A DNA stretch of 64,000 nucleotides from Armatimonadota bacterium. Lineage in GTDB: Bacteria; Armatimonadota; Fimbriimonadia; Fimbriimonadales; Fimbriimonadaceae. The position numbers were made by a program, and so were the translations under genes. The notes below the pieces were generated by a model. It saw nothing but the letters and a program-made list of their open reading frames with translations, was not told where the DNA came from and ran no database searches. The stretch lies in NCBI GenBank assembly GCA_018268315.1, contig JAFDWU010000001.1, positions 567,295 through 631,294 of the forward strand, in the 5' to 3' direction. Each line of letters begins with the position of its first letter. The first letter of the stretch is position 1. Positions 1-8,751 of the stretch are shown here, in pieces.

Positions 1-825
1 TCGCAGCACGTCCACCTTCTTGCTTCGCACTTCGTCCGCCTCAAAGCTGACGGGCGGCTCCATCGCCACCATACAGAGCAGCTGCAGCAAGTGGTTCTGA
101 ATCATGTCGCGTAGAGCGCCGGCCGTCTCGTAGAAGCCGCCGCGCTTCTCCACGCCCACTTCCTCCGCCACCGTGATCTGTACATGGTCGATGTACCGCC
201 GATCCCAAATCGGCTCAAACAAGGCGTTCGCGAAGCGGAAGGCGAGGATGTTCTGAACGGTTTCCTTGCCCAGATAGTGGTCGATCCTAAAGACCTGACA
301 CTCGTCAAACGCGCTCGTCACCAGCTTGTTCAGGGCTTCCGCGGATTCCAAATCTCGTCCGAAAGGCTTTTCGATAACCACGCGGTCTCTGCTTCGATCC
401 TTGCTCAGCTTTGCCTTGTCAAGCTGCGTGATGACGTTGCCGATGAGTCCGGGGGGAATCGAAAGGTAGTACACGTGGTCGGCCTTCGCGGCCCACTGCT
501 TCTCGTAGTTCTGAATATCCTGCGCAAGCTTGCGGTACATCTCCGGGTCAGTGAACTCGCCGTCAATGACGCTCAGGTTCTGGGCGAAATGCTCCCATCG
601 CTCAGGATCGACCTTTCCACGGCGCGAAAACGTATCCACCGCCGTGTGCATCTGCTCTTTGAACGGCCCGTGATCGACTTTGCGCGCTAGGCCAATGATC
701 GCAAAATGCTCCGGCACCGCGTTGTCCAGGTACAGGTTGTAGAGCGCGGGCACCAGCTTGCGCTGAGCCAGATCTCCGGCAGCGCCGAAGATGCACACGA
801 TGACAGGCTTATCCATTTTTTGCAT
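1..825 (-). CDS. zwf: glucose-6-phosphate dehydrogenase, N-terminal ~275 codons (3' end runs off the left edge of the window)
   Basis: My own minus-strand translation from 825 gives [32 protein letters not shown] (GxxGDLAxRKLxPAL motif). Further on come [17 protein letters not shown] and [11 protein letters not shown]. The frame stays open to position 1. It is absent from the ORF track because there is no stop in the window. The start is ATG 825 or ATG 816. Confidence 0.9.
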   Translation of the reverse strand, partial: MQKMDKPVIVCIFGAAGDLAQRKLVPALYNLYLDNAVPEHFAIIGLARKVDHGPFKEQMHTAVDTFSRRGKVDPERWEHFAQNLSVIDGEFTDPEMYRKLAQDIQNYEKQWAAKADHVYYLSIPPGLIGNVITQLDKAKLSKDRSRDRVVIEKPFGRDLESAEALNKLVTSAFDECQVFRIDHYLGKETVQNILAFRFANALFEPIWDRRYIDHVQITVAEEVGVEKRGGFYETAGALRDMIQNHLLQLLCMVAMEPPVSFEADEVRSKKVDVLR

Positions 826-2226
826 TTAGCTTTCACTCCAATCCGTGTGGAACACGCCCGGTTGATCCAGACGCTCGTAGGTATGCGCTCCAAAGAAATC
901 GCGCTGAGCTTGAATGAGATTCGCAGGCAAGCGGCTTGATCCGTAGCCGTCAACGTACGACAGCGATGCGCTTAATGCAGGAACCGGTATCCCTGCGTTC
1001 ACCGCGCCGCTGATCACCGCCCTCATCCCAGGCAGATGCTGAAGAACAAAATCGCTTAGACCCGGTGCGACCAGCAGATTCGCAAGCTGCGCGTTCGCGC
1101 GATAGGCCTGCGTGATTTTGCCAAGGAGTTCCGACCGGATGATGCAGCCCGCCCGCCACACTGCGGCGGCCTTGGCGACATCAATTCCATAGCCGTACTC
1201 GGTTCCGGCCGCCCTCAGCTGGTTCATGCCCTGGGCGTAAGCCGCAACCATCGTTACCGCAAGCGCACCCTTGAGCTGGTCGTTGGAAAGGACCGGCGGC
1301 TTGGCTTCGCTTGGCTTGAGAATCGAAGCGGCGGCATGGCGCTCATCGAACAGCGCGGAAATATCGCGGGCGGAAACGGCAGCGTCAACCGAAGGCACTG
1401 CCACATGGAGGTCCATCGCATCCTGCGATGTCCATTTGCCGGTGCCCTTCGATTTCGCCCCGTCCTTCACCAAATCGACCAGATCAAGCCCGGTTTCAGG
1501 ATCGCGCTTACGCAAAACGGTCGAAGTAATTTGAAGCAGAAACCCGCCAATTTCGGAGGTAGACCATTCTTCAAAGATATCCGCCATCTTCGGGTTGTTC
1601 ATCCCCACTTGGCGGCGTAGCAGGTCGTAAACCTCGGCGATCGACTGCATCAGGGCGTACTCGATGCCGTTATGGACCATCTTCACGTAGTGGCCGGCGG
1701 CGCCGGGGCCAAACAGGGCAACGCACGGCTCGCCATCATCGGCTTTTGCGGCAACCTTTTCAAGCAGCGGACGCATTCGCTCGTAACTTTCGGCGGGCCC
1801 GCCCGCCATCATGCTCGGGCCAAATCGCGCGCCCTTCTCGCCACCGCTTACGCCAATGCCAAAGAACGCCAGACCCTTCGCGCCAAGCTCGTTGAAGCGC
1901 CGCTCGGTGTCTCGAAAGAAGGAATTGCCGCCATCGATCACGAGGTCGCCCTTCTCCAGATACGGCGAGAGCGATTCGATGACTTTATCAACGGGAGGAC
2001 CGGCAGGAACCAGCATCATCACCACGCGGGGCGTGCGAAGTGAGGCCATAAAGGCCTTGGCGTCGGTAAATCCTTCCACCGGCTTGCCTGTGCCTTCTTG
2101 CTTCAGCAACTCGACTTTTGAAGCATCGAGATCAAGCCCGGCAACTGCCTCGCCGTGGTCGGCCAGGTTCAGGAGCAAATTTCGCCCCATTGTCCCCAAA
2201 CCAATCATTCCAAATTCGTACTGCAT
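826..2226 (-). CDS. gnd: 6-phosphogluconate dehydrogenase (decarboxylating)
   Basis: ORF 826..2292. The internal start MQYEFGMIGLGTMGRNLLLNLADHG (GxGxMG Rossmann motif) at 2226 follows GGAGG. The full-length protein looks like 6PGDH (GGNSFF, GVSGGEKGAR, HNGIEY). It abuts zwf. Confidence 0.92.
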   Translation of the reverse strand: MQYEFGMIGLGTMGRNLLLNLADHGEAVAGLDLDASKVELLKQEGTGKPVEGFTDAKAFMASLRTPRVVMMLVPAGPPVDKVIESLSPYLEKGDLVIDGGNSFFRDTERRFNELGAKGLAFFGIGVSGGEKGARFGPSMMAGGPAESYERMRPLLEKVAAKADDGEPCVALFGPGAAGHYVKMVHNGIEYALMQSIAEVYDLLRRQVGMNNPKMADIFEEWSTSEIGGFLLQITSTVLRKRDPETGLDLVDLVKDGAKSKGTGKWTSQDAMDLHVAVPSVDAAVSARDISALFDERHAAASILKPSEAKPPVLSNDQLKGALAVTMVAAYAQGMNQLRAAGTEYGYGIDVAKAAAVWRAGCIIRSELLGKITQAYRANAQLANLLVAPGLSDFVLQHLPGMRAVISGAVNAGIPVPALSASLSYVDGYGSSRLPANLIQAQRDFFGAHTYERLDQPGVFHTDWSES

Positions 2227-2290
2227 GGTCGCCTCCTGCTGCCGAATTTCATTCTGGCTTGTTGGGTTGAGTTCGCGCCATAAGCTAGGC

Positions 2291-2335
2291 AAAAAGAAAA
2301 AAAGTCCGTTGGTCTGATCTAGTCATCCCAACGGA
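2291..2335 (-). terminator. rho-independent terminator (minus strand)
   Basis: An 8-bp stem, tccgttgg (2305-2312) / ccaacgga (2328-2335), is followed on the minus strand by C+UUUUUUUCUUUUU (2291-2304). It lies just upstream of the gnd promoter region and would end transcripts coming from 2340-2818. Confidence 0.7.
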
Positions 2336-2449
2336 GAGGAGAGGCTGTCTGTTTGCTTGCGCTTACTATTGCGCTTTCGCTTAATATCGCCATTTCTCAG
2401 GCGCTTGTAATAAGTAATTGTCGGAAAGCGAATGTTTTGTGACAGGTCT

Positions 2450-2662
2450 TTAAGCTTTTCTTCGACTTTTCGCAAAGTACTTCTCTGCGAATGCATCGGC
2501 AGTACGCTCAACATGCGCCTTAAGCAGTTTGCGGCACGGGGGGCAAGAAGCGAGATGCGCGCAGAGCGCCGACCCATCGTCTTCTGAAAGGCTCTCCAAA
2601 TTTAATGCAAGCAGCCACACGGGTACGCGGTTGCAATCAACCGTCAATTCTTTCCTTTTCAT
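2450..2662 (-). CDS. small soluble ZAS-type (zf-HC2, RsrA-like) putative anti-sigma factor, 70 aa from ATG 2662 (the ORF is open up to TTG 2818)
   Basis: From M at 2662 the sequence is MKRKELTVDCNRVPVWLLALNLESLSEDDGSALCAHLASCPPC. This gives C10, H36-x3-C40-x2-C43, the HxxxCxxC ZAS motif, with an upstream Cys at nearly the same spacing as the RsrA ligands C11/H37/C41/C44. There is no TM segment. The gene is divergent from the ECF sigma gene. The start codon is uncertain because no clear SD is present. Confidence 0.5.
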   Translation of the reverse strand: MKRKELTVDCNRVPVWLLALNLESLSEDDGSALCAHLASCPPCRKLLKAHVERTADAFAEKYFAKSRRKA

Positions 2663-2862
2663 TATTAAAAGCACCGAGTCGTGTAATTCACGCGATCTCA
2701 TATTGCTATCAGCGCGAAGTCCACCGAATGTGACCCTTTCAACCTGAAACCCGCATATTTGCCAGTTCTCCGCAACAAAAGAGGGCAGGTTGTCACAAAC
2801 CTGGCCGAAGGCAATCAATAGACGTTGTAGGGTTCCAATTCCTTTGCTTTGCCGTTTTTAAC

Positions 2863-3414
2863 ATGGATACGATTGCAGTTGAAAATCAGGGTTTGTTAAT
2901 TAGCCCCAATGTGGCCCCCGGCGTTATAGAAGCCGACCCGCTAAGGAAGCTAATTGACTACCGCCTAACAAGCGCCGGAGTACCGGCGCATGATCGCGAT
3001 GATCTACAGCAAGACATTCTCCTGAGCGTGCTGAGACAAAGGGCCGAATTCCGACCGGAACTGGGGAGCATCGAGGCATGGATCATGGGATTTGTAAGAA
3101 TTGCAACGAAGTCTTATTTCCGCAAACAAGCTCGTCTTAAACGAACCGAGTTGGGTCAAGAATCACTCGCGGAAACCGCCGCGCCCGCAGCAAGCGACGT
3201 CGAATACGCCATCACCGAGGCGGTTGACCACCTTACCGAGCTAGATCAAGCGATTGTGCATATGCGCTTTGTGATGGGCATGAATTCAAGCCAGATTGGC
3301 GAAGAACTCGGCATACAGGCAGATTGCGTTCGCAAACGGCTGTCCCGGGCGGTTGAGCGCATGCGTCAAGATGAAGGCATTCGCGAGGCTCTGGGCTTCG
3401 GACCGAGCATCTAA
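2863..3414 (+). CDS. RNA polymerase ECF-type sigma-70 family factor
   Basis: Region 2-like DLQQDILLSVLRQRAEFRPELGSIEAWIMGFVRIATKSYFRK. Region 4 HTH LTELDQAIVHMRFVMGMNSSQIGEELGIQADCVRKRLSRAVERMRQ. Confidence 0.85.
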   Translation: MDTIAVENQGLLISPNVAPGVIEADPLRKLIDYRLTSAGVPAHDRDDLQQDILLSVLRQRAEFRPELGSIEAWIMGFVRIATKSYFRKQARLKRTELGQESLAETAAPAASDVEYAITEAVDHLTELDQAIVHMRFVMGMNSSQIGEELGIQADCVRKRLSRAVERMRQDEGIREALGFGPSI

Positions 3415-3426
3415 AATAGGTCCAAC

Positions 3427-3453
3427 GGAAACCTGACAGCGCTTTCAGGCGTT
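3427..3453 (+). promoter_or_regulatory. candidate ECF-type promoter (GGAAAC-N17-CGTT) in front of the CxxC thioredoxin-fold gene
   Basis: GGAAAC at 3427-3432, a 17-nt spacer, then CGTT at 3450-3453, about 20 nt upstream of ATG 3473. It resembles the AAC / CGT architecture of ECF promoters (for example the sigW-type TGAAAC-N16-CGTA). This is a motif match only. Confidence 0.35.
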
Positions 3454-3472
3454 ATCCTAACTGAGGATTACT

Positions 3473-4045
3473 ATGAAAGTGCGCTCGTTATTGCTTCCAA
3501 CTCTTCTCTTACCGATTGTTGCTTTGGCGACTAGGATTAACTCCGGCTTGCCAAAAGGTGAATTCGTTCCTTCGTTTGAACCAACCCATGTCACGGGCGT
3601 GGATCGCGGCACGCAGACCTGCCCGATTTGCAAGTACCCAACCATCCCGGGCGCTCAGGTTTGGGTGAGCGGCGATGAAGACGCGAACGTTGGCAAGCTT
3701 GCCGCCGATCTTGAAACCAAGATTTCGGCCCTCGGACTGAAGAAGTTTCGAACTTTCGTAGTCTTCGTGAAGCCCAAAGATACGAGCACTGCCGATTTTT
3801 CCAAGAAGCTCGAGAAGATATCAGAAGACTACAAATTGAAGAATGTCGCGCTGGTCTATGTCTCGCCGAACGATTCCGCGATTCAGGATTACGGCATCGA
3901 CCTCTCAAGCGGCAGGGTGAAAAACACCGTGATGGTGTACAAGGGCCGCCGAATCATTGACAATTTTGTGAACCTGAAAGCCGACGATAAGGGCATTAAT
4001 GAACTTAACAAGGCTGTAAAGCAAGCAGTTTCGGCCGCTAAGTAA
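3473..4045 (+). CDS. exported thioredoxin-fold / redoxin-like protein with a CPxC motif
   Basis: Signal peptide MKVRSLLLPTLLLPIVALA. Then LPKGEFVPSFEPTHVTGVDRGTQTCPICKY, a redoxin-like 'G..P.F' lead-in followed by CxxC. SD GAGGA lies upstream. Confidence 0.5.
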   Translation: MKVRSLLLPTLLLPIVALATRINSGLPKGEFVPSFEPTHVTGVDRGTQTCPICKYPTIPGAQVWVSGDEDANVGKLAADLETKISALGLKKFRTFVVFVKPKDTSTADFSKKLEKISEDYKLKNVALVYVSPNDSAIQDYGIDLSSGRVKNTVMVYKGRRIIDNFVNLKADDKGINELNKAVKQAVSAAK

Positions 4046-4069
4046 ATCCTCCTAGGGCCGGATAAGAGG

Positions 4070-4108
4070 CGAGGGCTCGCGATGCCAGCGAGCCCTCGTT
4101 TCGTTTAT
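4070..4108. terminator. bidirectional stem-loop terminator between convergent genes
   Basis: An 11-bp stem, cgagggctcgc / gcgagccctcg, with loop gatgcca, followed by tttcgtttattt. Confidence 0.7.
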
Positions 4109-5208
4109 TTCGCTTCAACGGGGACGCCGCCGGCGACGCCTACCGCGAATACGTACCTATCTTTGCTCATGCCTTTCAGCGTGATTTGGTGCACGTCGCC
4201 AACCGCTTTCATCGACTCCCAGCCAGGGCTGGTGGTGTCTCGCCAGTAAACGAAGAATGGCCCGCTGCCGCCCTTCCAAGTAAGCGTCGTGTCCGCGCTT
4301 AGCTCCAGCTTCACCTTTACGTCTGTCGGCGGATCGCCCGCATCGGCAAGCGCGCAGGCCACACGGTAGTTCGCCTCGCAAACTTTGGCAAGGTACTTCG
4401 CATCGACGAACTCGGGCTTATCGTCAGCCGTGTGCTGGTGGCGAAAGTCTTCCTTCGCCTCCGTAAAGCGCACTGCGTCGTAACCTTGCTGATTGAACGA
4501 CATGTGGTCGCCACCACGGGCGAAGCGGTCATGACGGAATACCAACTGCACCTTGAACCCCGAGATCGCGCGATCGACAAATTCGGCGTACCTCGCCAGC
4601 TCCCGGCTCATCGTCTTGCCAGGGTCCTCGCTGAACAGGCGAACGAGGTTGCCGCCTCCGTTCGATGTCCCCACGATGTCGTTATTCAGCATCGCGTTGA
4701 TCTTCCAGCCCTCCGCTTTCGCGCGCTTGGCAAGCGCGTCCGAGCCGAACAGCCCCTGTTCCTCGCCGGAGACTGCGCAGAACACCATCGTGTGCTTCCA
4801 CTTCCGCCCGCTCATCAAGCGGGCGCACTCGAGCGCGACCGCCACACCCGAAGCATCATCGTCGGCGCCGGGCGCGATGCCCGTCAACGGGTCTGCGCTT
4901 AGGTTGATGGTATCGAGGTGGCCGGAAATAACTATCCGTTGGTCGTCCTCGCCCGGCAGCACCGCAACCACTTGAACCACGTTCTTATCCGCAGGCACGC
5001 GGCGGCCCTTCTTCACATCGTAGTGCATCAACTCGACGCGCACACCGGGCAGTTTGCCGTACTCACCGGCAACCCAGGCGGCAGCTTGGTTGAGCTCCGC
5101 GGAGCTTGTGTTGCGGGTCGGAAGCTGGGCGAGCGTCCGTACAGTGTTGATGAGCCGATCAGGATCGGGAAGCGGCTGCGCCGCGAGGGCGATAAGCGGT
5201 AGCAACAT
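4105..5208 (-). CDS. M28 family metallopeptidase (aminopeptidase)
   Basis: GHLDTINL...GADDDASGVAVALECARLM...FCAVSGEEQGLFGSDALA...NNDIVG are typical M28 zinc-ligand blocks. An N-terminal signal-like segment is present. Confidence 0.8.
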   Translation of the reverse strand: MLLPLIALAAQPLPDPDRLINTVRTLAQLPTRNTSSAELNQAAAWVAGEYGKLPGVRVELMHYDVKKGRRVPADKNVVQVVAVLPGEDDQRIVISGHLDTINLSADPLTGIAPGADDDASGVAVALECARLMSGRKWKHTMVFCAVSGEEQGLFGSDALAKRAKAEGWKINAMLNNDIVGTSNGGGNLVRLFSEDPGKTMSRELARYAEFVDRAISGFKVQLVFRHDRFARGGDHMSFNQQGYDAVRFTEAKEDFRHQHTADDKPEFVDAKYLAKVCEANYRVACALADAGDPPTDVKVKLELSADTTLTWKGGSGPFFVYWRDTTSPGWESMKAVGDVHQITLKGMSKDRYVFAVGVAGGVPVEAK

Positions 5209-5257
5209 CCTCTGCTTTTACCCCGAATTCACGACTGGTAAACTGAACGTTCCGAAC

Positions 5258-8026
5258 ATGGAACTTAAGAGCACTCTAAATTTGCCCGACGCAGAATTTG
5301 CAATCCCGATGAAGGCGGATCTGCCTAATCTGGAACCCACGATTCAAAAGCGATGGGATGAGATGAGCATTTACCATCATCTCCAAGAGGCTCGCGCCGA
5401 GGACCCCGTTTTCGTCCTTCACGATGGCCCGCCCTACACCAATAGCCCGATCCACATGGGCACGGCCATGAACAAGATCCTCAAAGACTTTGTTCTGAAG
5501 AGCCGCACGATGATGGGTTTTCGCGCGCCCTACGTGCCTGGGTACGACAACCATGGACTGCCTATCGAGCAAGCCGTCCTTCAGAAGTTTCAAGAAAAGA
5601 AGGTCTCGCCAACCGTTATTGAGCTGCGAAAAGCTTGCCGAGAGCACGCTGCTGAGTACGTTGCCCTGCAGTCGACCCAGTTTCAGCGCTTAGGAGTCTT
5701 CGGGCTCTGGGAAAAGCCGTATTGCACGATGGACTACCGCTTTGAGGGCGAGATTATCCGCACTTTCAAGCGGCTTGTCGAGGGCGGCTACGTTTACAAG
5801 GGCCTGCGCCCGACGCTTTGGTCTCCCACCAGCCGAACCGCCCTGGCGGATACGGAAATCGTTTATCAAGACCACGTCAGCAAGGCGATCTATGTTCGCT
5901 TCAAGCTGAAAGAAGACCCAAACCGGCTGTTTGAGAAGTTTGCAAACTTCTACACCGTCATATGGACCACTACGCCATGGACGATTCCCGCCAACCTGGC
6001 GGTCGCCTTCCATCCTGAGTTTGAATACGTGGTTGTCAAAGTCGGCAATGACCACTATCTGCTCCTTGAGGACCTGCTGCCCAAGGTCGCCGAGAAGGTT
6101 GGCTGGACGAATTACTCCATCGAGGAGCGAATTCAGGGCATCAACATGGACCGCTGCGTGTTCCAGCATCCGCTTTGGGATCGCGATTCGATTGCCGTCA
6201 TGGCAGATTACGTTACAACGAGCGACGGCACCGGCGTGGTTCACACCGCGCCCGGCCATGGCCGAGACGACTTCTACACTGGCATGAAATACGGGCTTGA
6301 AATCTTGTGCCCGGTGAACGAGGCCGGCGTGATGACCCACCAGGCTCACGAATTCGAAGGCATCTACTACAAGAAGTGCGACGAGGCTGTGGTGGATAAG
6401 CTCAAGGAAGTTGGCGCGCTGCTTGCTGCGGAGGATTACGAGCATTCCTACCCCTATGCCGAGCGAGATGGCAAACCGGTTATCTACCGTGCCACCGAAC
6501 AGTGGTTCGTCGGCATCGATCACAACGATCTTCGCATGAAGATGCTGGAGCAGATCAAAGCGGTGAACTGGGTGCCCGTAACCGGCCAAAACCGGATCCA
6601 CGGCATGGTGCTGAACCGCCCGGACTGGTGCATTAGCCGCCAACGCCCGTGGGGCGTGGGAATTCCGGTTCTTTATGGAACCGATTCTGGCGAACCGGTC
6701 CTTGATCCCGCCCTCATCGAGCTCATTGCCAAGATGGTGGAAGAGAACGGCAGCGACTCATGGTTCGAGAAAACTCCCGAAGAATTCCTTCCTAAAGGTT
6801 ATGCTCACCCGGATACGGGCGAAACCGACTTCCGCAAGGAGACCGACGTGCTGGACGTCTGGTTCGATAGCGGCGCCACCAGCTTCTGCGTGCTTGAAGG
6901 CAACGTGGAACCACGGTGGAAGGAGCATTGGCCCGCAGACCTGTATCTCGAAGGCTCGGACCAGCATCGCGGCTGGTTCAACAGCTCGCTCGTCATCGGC
7001 ACCGCAATCAAGGGTCGCGCTCCTTACAACGAGGTCGTAACCCATGGCTTCTTGGTTGACGAAAGCGGCCACAAGATGTCCAAGCGTGGCGGCAACAGCG
7101 TAGAGCCTGTTGCAGCCTGCGCCCAATATGGAGCGGATGTTATCCGCTACTGGGTCGCGAGCGTGGATTACTCCAACGATGCGCCGTGTAGTGACGCCCT
7201 CCTTCGCAACCTGGGCGAGCACTACCGTCGCGTCCGCAACACCATCCGCTTCCTGATGGGCAATCTCTCTGATTTCGACGAGAACGCCGATCCGGTTGAA
7301 CTGCTGCCCATCGATCGCTGGATCGTTGAGGAGACCTCGCTGCTTGTAAACGACTGCGTAGCAAGTTACGAGGCGTACGACTTCAACGGCGTCATCACCG
7401 AAGTCCATAACTTCTGCGTGAACGTCCTCAGCGCGTTTTATCTGGACGTCATCAAGGATCGCATCTACTGCGAGCGAAGGAACTCATCTCTGCGCCGCTC
7501 CGGCCAGCAGGCTTGCTACATCGTTCTGCGCCAGCTAAACCGCCTGATCGCGCCAATCTTGCCGCACACCGCAGAAGAGATTCGGCTGAAGATGAACCCG
7601 GACGACGGCCTGAAGACTGTTCACGAAGAGCGATTCGATATGCCGACACCGGAAGAAATCGCCGAACTGGAAAACAGCGAGCTGAGAAAGCAATTCGACG
7701 CTTTGCTGGATGTGCGCGGCGAGGCGTTTGCAGTCTTCGAGACGTGGAAGGGCACGGATGACGTAAAAGACTCCCAGGATGCGATCCTCAACCTCCAAAC
7801 CGACCGTGAAGAAATTTTCGCGTTCGATGCTGAAGACCTCGCCACCTTCCTCAAGGTCAGCGAAGTAAGGCTGACAAAGGGTGAGCCTAAATACACGTTC
7901 GAGAAGAGCATGTACTTGAAGTGCGAGCGAAGTCGATTGCGTAGGTCCGACGTAACGCTTGATGACGGAATCGCGTTAAGAAAGCGGGACCGAGAAATCG
8001 TGGAGGAATTCAAAGGCAAGGTTTGA
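5258..8026 (+). CDS. ileS: isoleucyl-tRNA synthetase
   Basis: The ORF is open from 5054. The homologous start is MELKSTLNLPDAEFAIPMKADLPNLEPTIQKRWDE at ATG 5258. HIGH-type motif PIHMGTAMNK and KMSKS-type motif KMSKR are present. 923 aa. Confidence 0.95.
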   Translation: MELKSTLNLPDAEFAIPMKADLPNLEPTIQKRWDEMSIYHHLQEARAEDPVFVLHDGPPYTNSPIHMGTAMNKILKDFVLKSRTMMGFRAPYVPGYDNHGLPIEQAVLQKFQEKKVSPTVIELRKACREHAAEYVALQSTQFQRLGVFGLWEKPYCTMDYRFEGEIIRTFKRLVEGGYVYKGLRPTLWSPTSRTALADTEIVYQDHVSKAIYVRFKLKEDPNRLFEKFANFYTVIWTTTPWTIPANLAVAFHPEFEYVVVKVGNDHYLLLEDLLPKVAEKVGWTNYSIEERIQGINMDRCVFQHPLWDRDSIAVMADYVTTSDGTGVVHTAPGHGRDDFYTGMKYGLEILCPVNEAGVMTHQAHEFEGIYYKKCDEAVVDKLKEVGALLAAEDYEHSYPYAERDGKPVIYRATEQWFVGIDHNDLRMKMLEQIKAVNWVPVTGQNRIHGMVLNRPDWCISRQRPWGVGIPVLYGTDSGEPVLDPALIELIAKMVEENGSDSWFEKTPEEFLPKGYAHPDTGETDFRKETDVLDVWFDSGATSFCVLEGNVEPRWKEHWPADLYLEGSDQHRGWFNSSLVIGTAIKGRAPYNEVVTHGFLVDESGHKMSKRGGNSVEPVAACAQYGADVIRYWVASVDYSNDAPCSDALLRNLGEHYRRVRNTIRFLMGNLSDFDENADPVELLPIDRWIVEETSLLVNDCVASYEAYDFNGVITEVHNFCVNVLSAFYLDVIKDRIYCERRNSSLRRSGQQACYIVLRQLNRLIAPILPHTAEEIRLKMNPDDGLKTVHEERFDMPTPEEIAELENSELRKQFDALLDVRGEAFAVFETWKGTDDVKDSQDAILNLQTDREEIFAFDAEDLATFLKVSEVRLTKGEPKYTFEKSMYLKCERSRLRRSDVTLDDGIALRKRDREIVEEFKGKV

Positions 8027-8559
8027 AAGATAAGCGCTGGCTGTTCTGGTTTATTCTCATAGGCACGCTTGTGCTGGATCAGGTCGTCAAGTCCTCGATC
8101 CGCAAGGCGCTCGTCGAGGGCCAATCGCTCGGCAAACCTTGGCCGGGCGTGTTCGAGATAACCCTGACCTTCAACAAAGGCATCGCTTTCGGTCTTGCCC
8201 AGGGCATCGGCCTCTTCGTGACGCCTATCGCGATTGGCATCGCCGGACTTGCCATCTACCACGCGGCGGTGCGACACGAGACGGAAACACCGCTGAACCT
8301 CACCATGTTTGCTTTGATGGCGAGCGGCGCGCTTGGCAACCTGTATGACCGAGTGATTCACGGCCGCGTAACCGACATGTTCTGGTTCCGGCTCATCAAC
8401 TTTCCCGTCTTCAACGTCGCGGATGCCTGCATCACTGCAGCGGGCGTTCTCATCGTGTTTAGCTGGGTGCGAGACGCGATTACCGCTGACCCCAATCAAG
8501 CCGCGCCAAGCGCCCCTTCGGCAGCGCCAACAGAGCAGGCCGATTCGGCGGTCTCCTAA
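8023..8559 (+). CDS. lspA: lipoprotein signal peptidase II
   Basis: FNKGIAFGL...GNLYDRVIHGRVTDMFWF...FPVFNVADACITAAGVLIV. The TTG start overlaps the ileS stop (TTGA). ileS-lspA is classical synteny. Confidence 0.9.
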   Translation: MKDKRWLFWFILIGTLVLDQVVKSSIRKALVEGQSLGKPWPGVFEITLTFNKGIAFGLAQGIGLFVTPIAIGIAGLAIYHAAVRHETETPLNLTMFALMASGALGNLYDRVIHGRVTDMFWFRLINFPVFNVADACITAAGVLIVFSWVRDAITADPNQAAPSAPSAAPTEQADSAVS

Positions 8560-8577
8560 CGGGTATCCTGCTCGCTT

Positions 8578-8751
8578 GTGGGAAGCCCCGGCCGGGAGTC
8601 TAAAACCGCCAAGACCAAACCGAAAAAGCCCTTTCCATGGTTGCTCTTGTTGGCATTTCTCGCAACGACCTATATCTTCTGGTTGTTGCCGCGCCAACTT
8701 GGCAGTCGGCCGGTGCAAGTGATTTTTGAGGAAAAGCAATCTAACAAATGA
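8578..8751 (+). CDS. possible unannotated small membrane protein (57 aa, GTG start), below the ORF-track size cut-off
   Basis: My own translation: VGSPGRESKTAKTKPKKPFPWLLLLAFLATTYIFWLLPRQLGSRPVQVIFEEKQSNK-stop. It has a basic N-terminus and one clear TM helix. Its stop overlaps the ychF ATG (ATGA). No SD is visible and the start is uncertain. Confidence 0.25.
   Translation: MGSPGRESKTAKTKPKKPFPWLLLLAFLATTYIFWLLPRQLGSRPVQVIFEEKQSNK

Noticed and set aside
5209-5257. T-box or other leader upstream of ileS.
   Set aside because: Only 49 nt separate the divergent M28 peptidase start from the ileS ATG, which leaves no room for a T-box (~200 nt).
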